A DNA stretch of 64,000 bases from Mobula hypostoma (taxonomy: Eukaryota). Positions 61,240 through 64,000 of the stretch are shown here, in pieces. Numbering within the stretch: position 1 is the stretch's first letter; each line of letters begins with the position of its first letter. A model generated the notes under the pieces. The model was not told the origin of the DNA, ran no database searches, and was given only the letters and a program-made list of their open reading frames with translations. A program made the translations under genes and the position numbers. Where the stretch lies: contig NC_086108.1 in assembly GCF_963921235.1 (NCBI RefSeq), positions 6,200,001 to 6,264,000 of the forward strand, in the 5' to 3' direction.

Positions 61240-63220
61240 TTTTGTGGCTGCAGTCTAGAGCAATACATAAAAATTTACTTTGTTACAATAAGGATTAAAT
61301 AAGAATTTAAAAAATAATGCAAAAAATGGCGCTACCAAAGATGTGCGACAGCTTACTGGTAAATCATAAGGCAAAAGTTTCAACTAAAAATATTACTTAT
61401 AATAACTTTTCTGAAGCAAGTTGTGGTGAATTATCAGCACAGACAGTGAGGAAGCAGGCGGAGGCGAGGCTGGTTCGGCAGTTGAGCAGTGCTGGGGCAT
61501 TGTGAGGCACAACGTCTTTGAGCCACAGGCGAAAGCAGAGTTTGTATCACTGTGAGCGATTTCGGAAGCAGCTGATGTGCAAGAGTTTTGATGCCTGTCC
61601 ACCCAACCCAGTACAAGGTTGGATTGCACCAAGAGCAGAGCTGATTTGTTGCGATCGAGTACGTCTTCAGGCTGGGCGGCCCAGGCGTATTAGTGTGCCT
61701 GAATTCCAGTCCTGGAACGTGGTGCTTGGACAATTTAAACATTGGCTCAGATAGACTGGAAGCTGGAGGGTTGGGTTCATTTTTCTCTCTCTGCAGCACC
61801 GAGGCTGTTAACCGATACAGTGACAGTGCACTTCTGCCCTGCTGGTGTGATGAACTGGGGATCAAGGCTTGGCTTGGGCACACTCCAGCTGCTCTGCGAG
61901 TGGATCTGGGACTCAGTCTGGTTTGGGATGCTGTTGGCATGCTTCTACTGTTTGCATCATGTGTGTGTTTTTTTCTGAATTTCTCTGCGCGATGTTTTTT
62001 GATCTTTTTTTTATTGGGTTCTTTCGGTTTCTTCCTTTGTGGCTGCCTGTAAGCAGACTAATTTCAAGTTGTATAACTTATACATTCTTTCATAATAAAT
62101 GTGCTTTGAATACTTGAAAAAGAAAGTAAAATAATGAGGTAATGTTCATAGCTTCATGGGCCATACAGAAATCTGATGGTAGAGGGGAAGAAGATGTTCA
62201 TAAAATGGTGAATGTGTGTCTTCAGACTCCTGTCCTCCCTGCTGATTGTAACATTGAGGGACAGAGCATGTCCTGGATGGTTCGGGTACTTAATGAACGA
62301 TGCGACTTCTTGTGGCATCGCCTATTTAAGATGTCCTCAATGGTGGGGAGGTTCCAATGATATCTCCCTTCATTTCTGATAAATTTCAGGGAGATCAGAC
62401 CCAGAGCCATCAAACACCACTCATACATTAACTCTATCATATCTGGTTCCTCAGATAGGCAACTTGCTGAGTCAGAATGGACAATTGGGCTTCTAATCTG
62501 TATAACTCCAGGTTGCTATGGATAATTGAATAATTCCAGGATCTAGGATGAAGAAATCAGCTCCAATTCATTCAGTGGAGTTGGATCATTTTGCAAAACA
62601 AAGCTGTCACTGCACTAAACCTCTGATACAATCTCCATTTCCATTAATGACTCTAACAGGATCAGAATTGGGTTTAATGTCTCAGAAGAAGGTTGTGAAT
62701 TTGTTGTTTTGTGACAGCAGTACAGAGCAGGAGTCACAGTGCAGACAGTTATTAAACTGGCTTTGAATATGTTGATGACATTTCCTCCAGTTATCCAGAA
62801 GACAGATTAAACATTCTATCAACCTGGCATCTACTCGATAAGGCAACATTATCAAATCAGAAACTCTCCTACTATAGGTAATATCTTCTCCAGGTCCATT
62901 CCATCTAGGCCTTTCATTACATGGTAGATTTCATTTAGATCATAAGATATAGTAATAGACTCAGGCCATTCAGCCCATCGAGTCTGCTCTTCCACTCCAT
63001 CATGGCTGATTTATTTTACTTCTCAACTCCATTCTTTCGCTGTCTCACCATAACCTTTGACGTCCTTACTAATCAAGAACATATCACCCTCTGCTTTAAA
63101 TATTCCCAATGACTTGCCCTCCTCAGGTGTGTGTGGCAATGAATTCCATAGATTCACCTCGCTCCAGCTGAAGAAGAATGCCTCCTCATTTCTGTTCTAA
63201 AGGGACATCCTTGTGTTCAG
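61240..63220 (+). repeat. Segmental duplication, copy 2 (paralog at 1-2010)
   Basis: Same block as 1-2010; similarity ends at ~63220 where an unrelated GC-rich sequence begins. Confidence 0.93.
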
Positions 63221-63224
63221 AGTC

Positions 63225-64000
63225 AACCCTGTGCTGCCTTGCCTCTTCCATCCACACATCCTGGAGCTCCCAATTGGTTTGGGCAAAGATCACCCACAAT
63301 AACCTCCAGTTGTCTCCCTTTCGGTCTTCCGGTTTGGTCGCCAGCCACTGGACCATGGTTTTCGGTCAGGCGCCGGATGCTTGGAGACATTTGGTGGGGG
63401 GCGGTCGGCCGGGGGCCGTGGTCGAGTGGTCGGCGACTTGGGCCAACTCCCCCACTGGACTTAGTTTGGTGAGGAGGGTGTGAGGACACCCAGCAGGACT
63501 GAAAAAACAAGACCTGACAAAGGGTGGATGAGCTCCTTGTGAGCCAACGGCCATCTTCCGTGGAAGAGATTAAAGCCTCACCACATATCTGCGAATCGTA
63601 TGCTATGCACCTAATTAGAAGAGATATGATGAACTTGGGCGCTGCATCGTGTGCCTGGACCTACCCAAGGCCTCCGCCTAAGGAAGGGCCGAGCTCGAAG
63701 AAGCGGCCGCGGCTGGAGGCCGACACGGCCTCGGGCGCGAGTTCGGCAGGGGCGGCGATGGGCAGTGCCAAGGCGGCCAGCGAGAACAAACTGGAGGAGA
63801 GGCTGTACTCGGTGCTGTCCAAAGATGAAAGAAGATGGAGGTGCATAGCTGCCACCCCGGATTCAGTATGGCACCCACTGACTGACTGACTGTCTCCCTT
63901 TGAATGCCAGAAGGGAGTCCAGCCCCCCATTTTCCCTGATCAGGAGATTGATGTAGAAGTTCCTGCTGCTGAACAGCTGATTCAGCGCTATAAGTGCAAA
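63225..64000. other. Unclassified GC/CpG-rich sequence interrupting the duplicated block (probable young mobile element)
   Basis: Abrupt junction inside a CR1 fragment that continues differently in copy 1. No recognisable protein motif; runs off the window edge. Confidence 0.35.

Overview
Repeat-dense vertebrate genomic DNA, inferred to be from a cartilaginous fish (ray or shark) from its repeat content: V-SINE/HE1-like SINEs, CR1, Rex1-like and Penelope elements. The only supportable host gene is one apparently intact 9-exon cytochrome P450 family 2 (CYP2) gene on the minus strand (ATG 55283, stop 15761). Its exons are 183/163/150/161/177/142/188/142/182 nt (1488 nt, 495 aa) and all introns are GT-AG. 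The first ~2 kb of the window recurs ~61.2 kb later, suggesting one unit of a tandem gene cluster, with a near-identical central patch that looks like gene conversion. The rest is mobile DNA and repeats. These include a Penelope-like element with inverted termini and many derived short copies carrying minimal hammerhead ribozyme motifs (two with intact cores sense to CYP2 intron 2), a hAT/Buster element and a Tigger/pogo element with a long internal palindrome. There is also a Sleeping Beauty-like Tc1 end, CR1/Rex1/RTE/L1/RLE-type LINE fragments, a Gypsy integrase fragment, a 4-kb G-rich minisatellite and a ~60-bp minisatellite. Family names come from recalled motifs, not database searches, and repeat boundaries are approximate unless TSDs or TIRs are given.
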